DNA of 56,303 nt from contig JAFCCO010000007.1 of NCBI GenBank assembly GCA_017610175.1, positions 1-56,303 on the forward strand. The letters are read 5' to 3'. The notes beneath the pieces were generated by a model. It had not been told where the DNA came from. It searched no databases and saw only the letters and a program-made list of their open reading frames with translations. Shown piece after piece: positions 45,414 through 54,042 of this stretch. A program made the position numbers and the translations under genes. This DNA is from Candidatus Iainarchaeum sp. GTDB taxonomy: Archaea > Iainarchaeota > Iainarchaeia > Iainarchaeales > GCA-2688035. The first letter of the stretch is position 1, and each line of letters starts with the position of its first letter.

Positions 45414-46361
45414 TCAGATTGGTTTCTCCGTTGAATTGAAAACTGCAAACCCAACCGCTGCAAGCAGCAAGTTAAACACAAGAACCGTGAGGGAAAATGA
45501 AACTGCAAGCGCTGCCGGAACCCCAATCAGGCCAAGCATTACAACTGATGCAGCCTCCCTTGTCCCAAGCCCGGAGAATGAAATTGGAAGGGCCTCAACC
45601 AAAAGAATTATGGGAAGAACAGCAACCAATGCAATCGGGTCAATGTTCATTGAGAGAGCAACCGAGATTGCATAAAATACCGCAAACACAACAAGCCACG
45701 AAATAACTGTGAAGAATCCTATCGCAAGCAAGGGAACTGCATTGCTCTTGAAATCACTGAACGATTTGTAAAAATCGTTGAACCCTTCCTTCAAACTTTC
45801 CTTGAATTTTTCCGGAGCAAACACGTTGAAGAACGGCCTTGCGATTTTGCGCAGGATGTTCTTTCTTGTGAACACAAAGAGTGCGGCAACAAACAAGGCA
45901 AAGAATGCTCCAAGCGAAAGCATTATGCCATCGTCCGCAATTTTTGGAATTACCACAAAGTAAAGCCCGAGGAATGCGAAAGCAAACAGGAAAGCAATGT
46001 CCAAAACCCTTTCAACAAACACAACCGCAAGCCCCTGCCCAAGGCTTAAATCAAATTTTCTTTTCAGGTAAAGCGACCTGATTGAGTCCCCTGATTTGGC
46101 GGGGGAAGCCGTTCCAAAAAAGAACCCAATTGTCCAGATTTTTGTGTGCTCAATCCACTTTGTTCCAGGCTTAAAAACTGAAACCAGAATCTGCTGCTTG
46201 AACCCCTTCACCCCAAGGCTTGCAAACTGAAGCGCAAGAACTACCGGAAGCATTGCGGGATTCAGGCCTGAAAAGCTCTGCAGAATTTTGTCTACTCCAA
46301 CGGACAAAATTATCAGCAGAAACAAGGCCAGCCCAAAAAGGGACAATAGTATTTTCTTCAT
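45414..46361 (-). CDS. Lysylphosphatidylglycerol-synthase TM / AglD2-like flippase domain protein
   Basis: G.F....P.K.GD..R, ERVLD, LPISFSGLGTRE. Confidence 0.85.
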   Translation of the reverse strand: MKKILLSLFGLALFLLIILSVGVDKILQSFSGLNPAMLPVVLALQFASLGVKGFKQQILVSVFKPGTKWIEHTKIWTIGFFFGTASPAKSGDSIRSLYLKRKFDLSLGQGLAVVFVERVLDIAFLFAFAFLGLYFVVIPKIADDGIMLSLGAFFALFVAALFVFTRKNILRKIARPFFNVFAPEKFKESLKEGFNDFYKSFSDFKSNAVPLLAIGFFTVISWLVVFAVFYAISVALSMNIDPIALVAVLPIILLVEALPISFSGLGTREAASVVMLGLIGVPAALAVSFSLTVLVFNLLLAAVGFAVFNSTEKPI

Positions 46362-46432
46362 CTAAGACAGTAAAAACTAGGAAATTAAGTTTTTAAAAAG
46401 AGGCTGATGCATTCATCGAAAACTGGCTCTAA

Positions 46433-47371
46433 TTACGTGTTCTTCTTAAACCAGTCAATCGTTATTTTCAGCCCGTCTTCCCAGTTTACCTTCGGTTCCC
46501 AGCCAAGCTGCTGCCTTGCAAGGGTGAGGTCCGGCTTTCTTCTGGTCGGGTCATCTTTGGGGAGAGGATTGTGCACAATTTTGCTCTTGCTGCCGCAGAA
46601 TTCAATTACCTTTTCCGCAAGCTGCAGAATTGTCATCTCAACCGGGTTCCCGATGTTTACAGGGTTTGTGTAAGAGGACGCCATCAGGGCAATTTGCCCA
46701 CGAATGTTGTCGTCAACGTAACAAAAGCTTCTTGTCTGGTCACCGTCCCCAAAAACGGTTATTGGCTCGTCCTTAAGCGCCTGCTTTACAAAGGTTGGAA
46801 TTACCCTCCCGTCATCAGGCCTCATTCTGGGGCCGAATGTGTTGAAAATTCTTGACATTCTGATGTCAATGTCGTGAACGCGATGATACGCCATTATCAA
46901 CGCCTCTGAAAACCTCTTGCTTTCGTCATAGCATGACCTTAGCCCGATTGGGTTAACGTTTCCCCAGTATGTTTCCTTCTGCGGGTGCTCCAGCGGGTCT
47001 CCGTAAACTTCGCTTGTCGAGGTCTGCAAAAACTTTGCCTTGTGCTTCAAAGCCAAGTCAAGCATGTTTTTTACACCGTAGCTTCCAGCCATAAGCGTTT
47101 CAATCGGAATCATTTGGTAGTCGATTGGAGAGGCAGGGCATGCGAGGTTGTAAATCTCATCCAGGTCATCTGAAATATCCAAGGGGCGTGTGATGTCGTG
47201 GTTCATGAAGGTAAACTTTTCGTTCTCCATAAATTCCTGAATGTTCTTTTCCTTCCCGGTTACAAGGCTGTCAACACAGATTACTCTTTCTCCCTGCTTC
47301 AGAAGCGTTTCAACCAAGTGCGATCCAAGAAAACCCGCACCACCTGTTACCACAATTGTTTTTTCACTCAT
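46433..47371 (-). CDS. uxs: UDP-glucuronate decarboxylase (UDP-xylose synthase)
   Basis: LACPASP..YQ, STSEVYGDP..HPQ.E.YWGNVNPIG.RSCYDE.KR, DGRV, DDP..RKPD. Confidence 0.93.
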   Translation of the reverse strand: MSEKTIVVTGGAGFLGSHLVETLLKQGERVICVDSLVTGKEKNIQEFMENEKFTFMNHDITRPLDISDDLDEIYNLACPASPIDYQMIPIETLMAGSYGVKNMLDLALKHKAKFLQTSTSEVYGDPLEHPQKETYWGNVNPIGLRSCYDESKRFSEALIMAYHRVHDIDIRMSRIFNTFGPRMRPDDGRVIPTFVKQALKDEPITVFGDGDQTRSFCYVDDNIRGQIALMASSYTNPVNIGNPVEMTILQLAEKVIEFCGSKSKIVHNPLPKDDPTRRKPDLTLARQQLGWEPKVNWEDGLKITIDWFKKNT

Positions 47372-48108
47372 TCAAACCCGTCCTTTACCTCGTTGTACAT
47401 TTCCAAACTTCCTATATCAAACCATTTGTCTTCATCTTTCTCAAACACGAAACCGTAAACTTCCTCGTTCTTGTAAAGCCAGTCAACAAACTCACCTGTT
47501 TTGTCTGCCGAATTCCCCTCATCCAAATACTGCTTTAATTTTGGGACAACCTCTTTTGGGTAAAGATAAACTCCAATGCTGCAAACCGTGCCCTTGGGTT
47601 CAGGCGGCTTTTCAACAAAGCCAACAACGCGAAGGGACTCGTCAAGCTCCAGGTTTCCCATTTTCTTTGCCTGCTCCAGGCTGCCGCAATCATAAACCCC
47701 TATGATTGCTTTCTTCTTTTCCTTGAAGAGGCCAACCAAGTCGGAGAGTGCAAAAGTAAACAAATTGTCTGAGTTGACAATTATTACGTCGTCGTCAATC
47801 TTTTCCTGCGCAATCACAAACTGGATGTCCCCAATGCTTCCAAGCCGGTCTTCGTTGCTTGTTGTCCCGTCATTGATAACTTTCACAGGAACTTTGCATT
47901 CAAAAGTCTTAGCCCATTCCCTGAACTGTTCGAAGAACTTTGCGTTTGTTACGACAAAGATTTCGTCAACTTCCTGAATCGTAAGGATTCTGCCGATTAC
48001 GTACTCCATCATCGGCTTTCCACCCACTGAAAGCAAGCCCTTTGGCTTGTCTTTTGTTAAAGGGTACATTCTTGTCGCATAACCTGCTGCTGGAACAATC
48101 GCTTTCAT
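47368..48108 (-). CDS. Sugar-1-phosphate nucleotidyltransferase (probable GlcA-1-P uridylyltransferase)
   Basis: AAGYATRMYPLT...PK.LL, INDGT.SNEDRLG.IGD, EKP, DIG. Confidence 0.82.
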   Translation of the reverse strand: MKAIVPAAGYATRMYPLTKDKPKGLLSVGGKPMMEYVIGRILTIQEVDEIFVVTNAKFFEQFREWAKTFECKVPVKVINDGTTSNEDRLGSIGDIQFVIAQEKIDDDVIIVNSDNLFTFALSDLVGLFKEKKKAIIGVYDCGSLEQAKKMGNLELDESLRVVGFVEKPPEPKGTVCSIGVYLYPKEVVPKLKQYLDEGNSADKTGEFVDWLYKNEEVYGFVFEKDEDKWFDIGSLEMYNEVKDGFE

Positions 48109-48116
48109 TCAATCAC

Positions 48117-49043
48117 CTACAAAATTATTTTTGGTTTAAAACAATAGAATTTCTCGCTTAACACATTAAAAGCATTTTCATTGTCGAAAAGCACCGCAAC
48201 AGCGCCTCCGCTTCCCGCAAATTTCGCCCCAAGAGCGCCTTCTTCCAAAGCGGTTTTTACAATCTCCAAATCGGTTTCGTTGACATTGAAGTGCTTTTTT
48301 CTGAACCCAAAGTTCTTGTTCATCAAGGAGCCAAACTTTTTCCAGTCGGAATCAAGCAATGCGTCCTTTCCCTCAATGCAAAGGCCTGCAACCTTGTCCA
48401 TCTCGTCCTTCACCCAGCCTTCGCCCCTCAAAAACCTGTTCCTCAAATCATTGTGCACAAGCGAGCTTTTTTTTGGAAGGCCACTGCAGGCAATAAAGAA
48501 GGGAACCTCTTTTACGTCCAGCTTTTCAACGCGCGCAAACGGGTCATCTTTTTTCAAAAACTCTTTTCCGGTAAAGTCCATGAATGCAATTCCCTGGTGG
48601 GAGATAATGTAACGGTCCTGCGGCCCGCATGCAATTCCCAACTCAAAGTTTTCAAGGTGCATTGCAATTTCCGCAACGTCGTTTTTGCTGAGCATTACAT
48701 TAAACTTTTTCTGGAATGCGCGGATTGTTGCGATTATTATTGCAGTACTTCCGGCAAGGCCTGATTCGCGCGGGATGTCTGAGTTGTACTCCACCTCAAA
48801 TTGTTTGTTTTGGAATCCAAGGTAATTAATGCATGCCTTAACCAAATCGTGCTTGCCGTTGTAGTGGGTGTTGTTTTTTTCAACACCGCCGTAATCTGAT
48901 TTCAGCACAAGTTCACTGCTTTCACGCATTGAAAGCTTTACTCCCTTGTCAATTGTGCAGCTTATTCCCTTGCCGCCGTATATGTCGCTTGGATTTCCAA
49001 GCAATCCAACCCTTGCAAAGGCCTGTGTTTCAACTGAATTCAT
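48117..49043 (-). CDS. GHMP kinase, glucuronokinase-like
   Basis: ARVGLLGNPSD.YGG..IS, IPR.SGLAGS.AI, G.QDR, AKF.GSGGA. Confidence 0.78.
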   Translation of the reverse strand: MNSVETQAFARVGLLGNPSDIYGGKGISCTIDKGVKLSMRESSELVLKSDYGGVEKNNTHYNGKHDLVKACINYLGFQNKQFEVEYNSDIPRESGLAGSTAIIIATIRAFQKKFNVMLSKNDVAEIAMHLENFELGIACGPQDRYIISHQGIAFMDFTGKEFLKKDDPFARVEKLDVKEVPFFIACSGLPKKSSLVHNDLRNRFLRGEGWVKDEMDKVAGLCIEGKDALLDSDWKKFGSLMNKNFGFRKKHFNVNETDLEIVKTALEEGALGAKFAGSGGAVAVLFDNENAFNVLSEKFYCFKPKIIL

Positions 49044-50332
49044 TTGCCTACTCCCTTGTAGATAAAGCCCTTTTCCTTAAGCTTGGCTTCATCAAAAAAG
49101 TTTCTTCCGTCTATTACAAACTTGCCTTTCATAAGTTCTTTAACCTTTTCGAAGTCAATTTCCCCAAACTCTTTCCACTCGGTGAGCAAAATCAGCGCTT
49201 CCGCGTCCTTCAGGGTTTCGTATATTGAATCGCATAATTCAATCTTGTCCCCAAAAATTTCTTTTGCGTTCTCCCTTGCCTGCGGGTCGTAGGCTGAAAC
49301 GCTTGCGCCCTCTAAAAGCAGGTTGTTGATTATGTCAATGCTTGGCGCAAACCTCATATCGTCCGTGTTTGGCTTGAATGCAAGCCCGAGAACAGCAACC
49401 TTCTTTCCCTTCAAAATCCACATGCTGCTCTCAATCTTTTTCACAAACGCTACCCTCTGCGCCCGATTAACGTTCTGCACCTCTTTCAAAATCGCAAAGT
49501 CGTACCCGTTCTTTTCGGAGAGTCTAACAAACGCATCCACATCCTTTGGGAAGCAAAAGCCACCGTAGCCAATTCCTGCGTTGAGAAAGCTTTTTCCAAT
49601 CCGATTGTCCAAACCCATCCCCTTTGCAACGTGCTCAATGTTTGCGCCTGTTTTCTCACAAACGTTTGCAACCGCATTAATGAATGATATTTTTGTTGCA
49701 AGGAAGCTGTTGCTTGCGTGCTTGATAATTTCAGCGCTCCTTATGTCTGTAAAGAGAATATTTTCGGTTAGGGGCTTGTAAATTTCCCTCATTGTGTTTC
49801 TTGCGTCCTCACTGTCGGTCCCAATAACTACCCGATCAGGGTTTGAAAAGTCCTCAATTGCGGAGCCCTCCCTCAAAAACTCGGGGTTGCTCACAACCTC
49901 AAACTTTACATTGTGGGGGTTGTAATGTTCAAGAACCTGCTTAATCTTCTCGCCTGTTTCAACCGGAACCGTGCTTTTTTCAACAACAATCTTTGTTTCG
50001 GTTGCAGCTTCTGCAATCCCGCGCGCAACATTTTCAACGTAACTCAAATCAGCTTCTCCGTTGTCTTTTGGGGGGGTTCCAACTGCAATAAAGATTACCT
50101 TGGATTTTTTGACGGCGTTAGCAAAATCGGTTGTAAATGACAGGCGTCCGGCTTTTGCATTTTTTTCAATAAGTTCCTCAATCCCCGGTTCGTAAATCGG
50201 TGAAATGCCCTGGTTGAGTTTCTCAATCTTGCTTTCGTCGATATCAACGCAGGTAACATTGTGCCCTACATCACTGAGGCACGCCCCGGTGACCAATCCC
50301 ACATAACCTGTTCCAATAACCGCTAAATCCAA
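49040..50332 (-). CDS. ugd: UDP-glucose 6-dehydrogenase
   Basis: IGTGYVGL, AVGTP, KSTVP, SNPEFLREG, K.ASN.FLA.KISFIN, GYGG.CFPKD, AFKPNTDD.R; TTG start after AGGAGG. Confidence 0.95.
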   Translation of the reverse strand: MDLAVIGTGYVGLVTGACLSDVGHNVTCVDIDESKIEKLNQGISPIYEPGIEELIEKNAKAGRLSFTTDFANAVKKSKVIFIAVGTPPKDNGEADLSYVENVARGIAEAATETKIVVEKSTVPVETGEKIKQVLEHYNPHNVKFEVVSNPEFLREGSAIEDFSNPDRVVIGTDSEDARNTMREIYKPLTENILFTDIRSAEIIKHASNSFLATKISFINAVANVCEKTGANIEHVAKGMGLDNRIGKSFLNAGIGYGGFCFPKDVDAFVRLSEKNGYDFAILKEVQNVNRAQRVAFVKKIESSMWILKGKKVAVLGLAFKPNTDDMRFAPSIDIINNLLLEGASVSAYDPQARENAKEIFGDKIELCDSIYETLKDAEALILLTEWKEFGEIDFEKVKELMKGKFVIDGRNFFDEAKLKEKGFIYKGVGK

Positions 50333-50368
50333 TAAAATCCCTCCTTTCTGATAATAAAAAGGAGAATG

Positions 50369-50416
50369 GAAAGCTTTTAATATATGAATGAGTAATACAT
50401 AGTATGATAGTATATG
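50369..50416. promoter_or_regulatory. Shared divergent TATA region and candidate auto-operator of the RHH regulator
   Basis: GAAAGC-TTTTAATATA 50369-50384; ATAC-ATA-GTAT inverted repeat 50395-50405; ATAGTAT repeated at 50399 and 50407 abutting the ATG. Confidence 0.55.
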
Positions 50417-51229
50417 ACACGCGAGAGAGTTACAATCACAATAAGGGGTGATTTGCTCAGGCAAGTTGACCGGCAGGTTGATGGATTAACCATCAGAAGC
50501 AGAAGCCAGGCAATTGAGTACCTTCTCAGCAAGTTTCTCAGCGATTTTCGCCTTGGAAAAGCGTTAATTCTTGCAGGTGGCAAGAGGAAGGATATTCTGA
50601 TTGGAAAGCAGCCGAAGTTTATTGCGGACATCAATGGAAAGCCATTGCTTGAAAGGGTAATGGATAGCATTAACGAGTTCAATGTCGCAAGCTTCCTCAT
50701 TTACACTGACAATTTTTCGGACAAAATAATTGATTCGCTCTCAGGAAAGCCTGTCCCCTACCACCTCGATTTTATCACAGGAAAGGAGCCAAGCGGGACA
50801 ATCCAGCCGATGATGCTTGCAAAAGGGCAGCTGAATGACACTTTCCTTCTGGCCTACGGCGACACAATAACAAACCTGAACATTAACGACATGCTTGCAT
50901 TCCACCGAAAAAACAATGCAATTGCAACAATCGCACTGACAACTGTAAGCAACCCGAAGGAGTTTGGTGTCGCAATGCTTCAGGGCGACAAGGTTGCCGA
51001 GTTCCAGCAAAAGCCAAAGAAGGAAGCGCACAGCTTTTTGGTCAATGCAGGATACTTCCTTTTCGAGCCGGAAATATTCAGGCACATTTCAAGGGACATG
51101 AAGAATTTGGAGCGCGACCTCCTTCCAAAACTTGCGCAGAAGGGCCTGCTTTTTGGATACACTTTCCACGGAAAATATTTTAACATAAACAGTGAAGAGG
51201 ATTTGAATAAAGCGCGCGCCCTACTCTAA
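50414..51229 (+). CDS. Ribbon-helix-helix (CopG/NikR-type) domain fused to a degenerate sugar-phosphate nucleotidyltransferase
   Basis: RVTITI...LL..VD......RSRS.AIE..L RHH pattern; then ALILAGG, PK, YGD, FG, VNAG.Y.F.P; G-T-R loop and EKP altered. Confidence 0.8.
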   Translation: MTRERVTITIRGDLLRQVDRQVDGLTIRSRSQAIEYLLSKFLSDFRLGKALILAGGKRKDILIGKQPKFIADINGKPLLERVMDSINEFNVASFLIYTDNFSDKIIDSLSGKPVPYHLDFITGKEPSGTIQPMMLAKGQLNDTFLLAYGDTITNLNINDMLAFHRKNNAIATIALTTVSNPKEFGVAMLQGDKVAEFQQKPKKEAHSFLVNAGYFLFEPEIFRHISRDMKNLERDLLPKLAQKGLLFGYTFHGKYFNINSEEDLNKARALL

Positions 51230-52081
51230 AGATTCAATGAACTGCTCAAGCCCTTTCTTTTCGCGCAGCACTTCGCTTTCCGAAACGTTTGTGCCGTGTT
51301 CAAAAATCAGGGGAAGTTCCTTCAAATGCCTTATCCCCCTCAGAATTGAAAAATCATACCCCTCCGGAAAGGCATGGTGGTCAGCCATCCCGTTAACCAT
51401 TTCCCCGCTGCTGTAGTGCACATGCATTTCACAGACCCTTGCCCTGAGATTCATCATCTCATTCAGGTTCCCGGCAAGCAGTGCATGCCCAAAGTCAAGC
51501 AGGAGCTTAATGTCTGGAAGCTCGTGGAAAATTTCCTTGAACGCATCCGCAGAATCAAGAACACATTCAACATGGCCTGACGGCATGTTTTCAATCGCAA
51601 AAGTTGCCCCTGAATTCGCTGCAAGCATTGTTCCGTAAACAAGAACCTCTTTTAGCCCGGCAATTGCCTTTTCCTTTTCAATTCGCTCACCAAACTCCAT
51701 TTTGCTAAAGCCGTGCGGTCCCTTTGCAAAGCCAAGCCTGAACGGAAAGCCGGGGTGGATTCCCACAACCTCTGCCTCAACAATTTCAGCAGCTCTGAAC
51801 ATCTCATCAAGGACACGCCTGTTCTGTTTTGTTAGCCCAAGTGCCGCATTGAACCAGAATCTTTCCTCCAACGGGGGAAACAGGCCGTGCACTGTGTAAT
51901 TCAAATCAGGAAAGTCGTGCTTGATTTTTTTGATTGTTTCCCACAAGCCTTTCTCAAATTTGTGTGCCGCCCCAAGCTCAACCTGCTTAAAGCCAAGTTC
52001 CCTTGCTTTCTCAACAGATTCATAAATTCCGATTCCGCGAGTCGCAAAATAACTGCTGCTTAATCCAACCTTTGAAGCCAT
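51221..52081 (-). CDS. Xylose-isomerase-like TIM barrel (sugar phosphate isomerase/epimerase family)
   Basis: VEL, VH, IHPG, IENMP, LDFGHA, HVH, DHH, IFE metal-ligand pattern. Confidence 0.82.
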   Translation of the reverse strand: MASKVGLSSSYFATRGIGIYESVEKARELGFKQVELGAAHKFEKGLWETIKKIKHDFPDLNYTVHGLFPPLEERFWFNAALGLTKQNRRVLDEMFRAAEIVEAEVVGIHPGFPFRLGFAKGPHGFSKMEFGERIEKEKAIAGLKEVLVYGTMLAANSGATFAIENMPSGHVECVLDSADAFKEIFHELPDIKLLLDFGHALLAGNLNEMMNLRARVCEMHVHYSSGEMVNGMADHHAFPEGYDFSILRGIRHLKELPLIFEHGTNVSESEVLREKKGLEQFIESLE

Positions 52082-52146
52082 GCCAATCAATTTGTGTAAC
52101 GGATAAATTATATAAAGCGTTTAGTGCCTTATTTTAATGATTGTAA

Positions 52147-52875
52147 ATGACTATTGGAATCAAAAAAGCATTTATTCTCGCGGGTGGCGAGGGCACAAGG
52201 TTAAGGCCCATAACTTACGAAATGGCAAAGCCCCTTATTCCTGTTCGCGGAAAGCCTGTTTTGCAGTGGAACCTTGAACTCTGCGCAATGTACGGAGTGG
52301 AAGAGGTAATTATTGCAGTCGGCTACAAGCACGAGCAGATTGAGCAGGCATTCGGAGACGGTAAAAAGCTGGGCCTGAAAATTAAGTACAATGTTGAGGA
52401 GCAGTTCCTTGGAACCGCGGGAGCGCTCAAGTTTGCAGAGGAAGCCTTCAGGGGCGAAAAAAAGTTCATCATGATGAACGGGGACGAGTGCAAGGACATT
52501 GATTTTATTTCACTGGACAGAGTGTTTGAAAAAAATGATGCGGTTGCAGCAATCGCATTAACAGAGGTTGATTACATGGCCGCCGGTGGAATTGTCAAAG
52601 TTGACGGGGAAAAGGTCACTAACTTTGACGAAAAGCCTGTTGCAGAGGGGCAGGGGAAGAAAACAATCAACGCAGGCGCGTACATTCTTTCCCCAAGAAT
52701 TTTTGATTACATCATGCCTGGCGAAATGGTTTCAATCGAAAAAATCACATTTCCAATGCTTGTTAAAGAGGGCAAGGCATTTGCACTGCCCTGCGTAAGC
52801 CAATTTTTCCAGACTGACACCTTTGAAAGGTATGAAAACGCTATTTTTGGCTGGAAGGGCTTTGGAAGCATCTAA
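52147..52875 (+). CDS. Sugar-1-phosphate nucleotidyltransferase (mannose-1-P guanylyltransferase-like)
   Basis: AFILAGGEGTRLRPIT...KPL, LGTAG, NGD, F.EKP, INAG.Y, SIE. Confidence 0.88.
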   Translation: MTIGIKKAFILAGGEGTRLRPITYEMAKPLIPVRGKPVLQWNLELCAMYGVEEVIIAVGYKHEQIEQAFGDGKKLGLKIKYNVEEQFLGTAGALKFAEEAFRGEKKFIMMNGDECKDIDFISLDRVFEKNDAVAAIALTEVDYMAAGGIVKVDGEKVTNFDEKPVAEGQGKKTINAGAYILSPRIFDYIMPGEMVSIEKITFPMLVKEGKAFALPCVSQFFQTDTFERYENAIFGWKGFGSI

Positions 52876-52941
52876 GCCAAGGCAAATGTCCCCACCACAA
52901 AAAGATTTAATAATCCCAAAAGCATAGTTTTATTGATAACA

Positions 52942-53445
52942 ATGCCTAAAAGAACGGGACCAAAATCAATAAGGCCTGCCGCAAAAAAGCAGGCCCTGCA
53001 AATTCTTGGAAAGAAAAGGCTTTCCCCGACAAAAACACAGAGGCGTGCAGAGCACGCAACGCTAGAAAAGGCAGTTGGTTACAAAATCCCAAAGCTAAGC
53101 GATGTTGTTTCAAAACCAAGCAGGCACACGATTAAACGAAGAATCACCCTTTACAAAACCGAAAGGCACCAGCTGCCCGCAGGATATGTTCCAAGCGCCT
53201 TTGGATGGAGTGGAGAGCGTGCCCCAAACGAGGTGGTTGTTAAGAGAACCGCAACTGGAGAAAGCATTATAATAAAGAGAATAACCAAGAGTGGAAGCGG
53301 CAAGTCGGGCGGAAGCGGCGGAGAGCGCGTAAGCCGCAAAACCGGAACAATGCATGCCAAAAAAGCAAGGGCAAAGGCCGCAAGAAAAAGCGGCAAGAAG
53401 GGCGCACGGGCAGGAAAGGAAACTAGAAAGAAGAAAAAGAAATAG
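52942..53445 (+). CDS. Highly basic Lys/Arg-rich hypothetical protein
   Basis: 167 aa ORF with own TTTAATAA box upstream; GS linker and K/R/A-rich tail. Confidence 0.65.
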   Translation: MPKRTGPKSIRPAAKKQALQILGKKRLSPTKTQRRAEHATLEKAVGYKIPKLSDVVSKPSRHTIKRRITLYKTERHQLPAGYVPSAFGWSGERAPNEVVVKRTATGESIIIKRITKSGSGKSGGSGGERVSRKTGTMHAKKARAKAARKSGKKGARAGKETRKKKKK

Positions 53446-53497
53446 TGCTTTGAAGAAAGCGATAAAAAGCTAATGCCTCCAATTCTTATCGGTTAAA

Positions 53498-54028
53498 ATG
53501 AATCTCGACGAAAAAATCAGAACTGTCCCAAACTTCCCGAAAGAGGGAATAATGTTCAAGGACATCACAACACTGTTAAAAGATTCGGTTGCATTCAGGA
53601 ACGCGATTGACAGCATGGTAGAGCACTTCATGAAAAAAGACATGCACTTTGACAAGGTTGTAAGCACGGAAGCACGCGGATTCATCCTCGGCTCTGTTCT
53701 CGCCTACGAATTCCACGCAGGCTTTGTGCCATTGAGAAAACCGGGAAAGCTTCCGGCCGAAACAATAAAGCAGGAGTTTGAAACAGAATACTCAACAGAC
53801 GCTTTTGAGATTCACAAAGACGCGATTGAAGAGGGAGAAAGCGTCCTGATATGTGACGATTTGATTGCAACAGGCGGAACCCTAAAGGCAGGGGTTGACC
53901 TTGTTGAAAAGCTTGGCGGAAAAGTCAACGGAATCGCAGCCCTCGTTGAATTAACCTTCCTTAAAGGCAGGGACAAGGTAAAGGGTTACGATGTGTTTTC
54001 CCTGATAAAGTACGATGAAGAGAAATGA
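53498..54028 (+). CDS. apt: Adenine phosphoribosyltransferase
   Basis: PNFPKEGI.FKDIT, EARGF, RKPGKLP, DDLIATGGT. Confidence 0.95.
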   Translation: MNLDEKIRTVPNFPKEGIMFKDITTLLKDSVAFRNAIDSMVEHFMKKDMHFDKVVSTEARGFILGSVLAYEFHAGFVPLRKPGKLPAETIKQEFETEYSTDAFEIHKDAIEEGESVLICDDLIATGGTLKAGVDLVEKLGGKVNGIAALVELTFLKGRDKVKGYDVFSLIKYDEEK

Positions 54029-54042
54029 TTTTTGGTGGGCAA

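Noticed and set aside
50333-50464. N-terminal extension of ugd
   Set aside because: Crosses the promoter and the RHH gene; AGGAGG and the Rossmann motif place the start at TTG 50332
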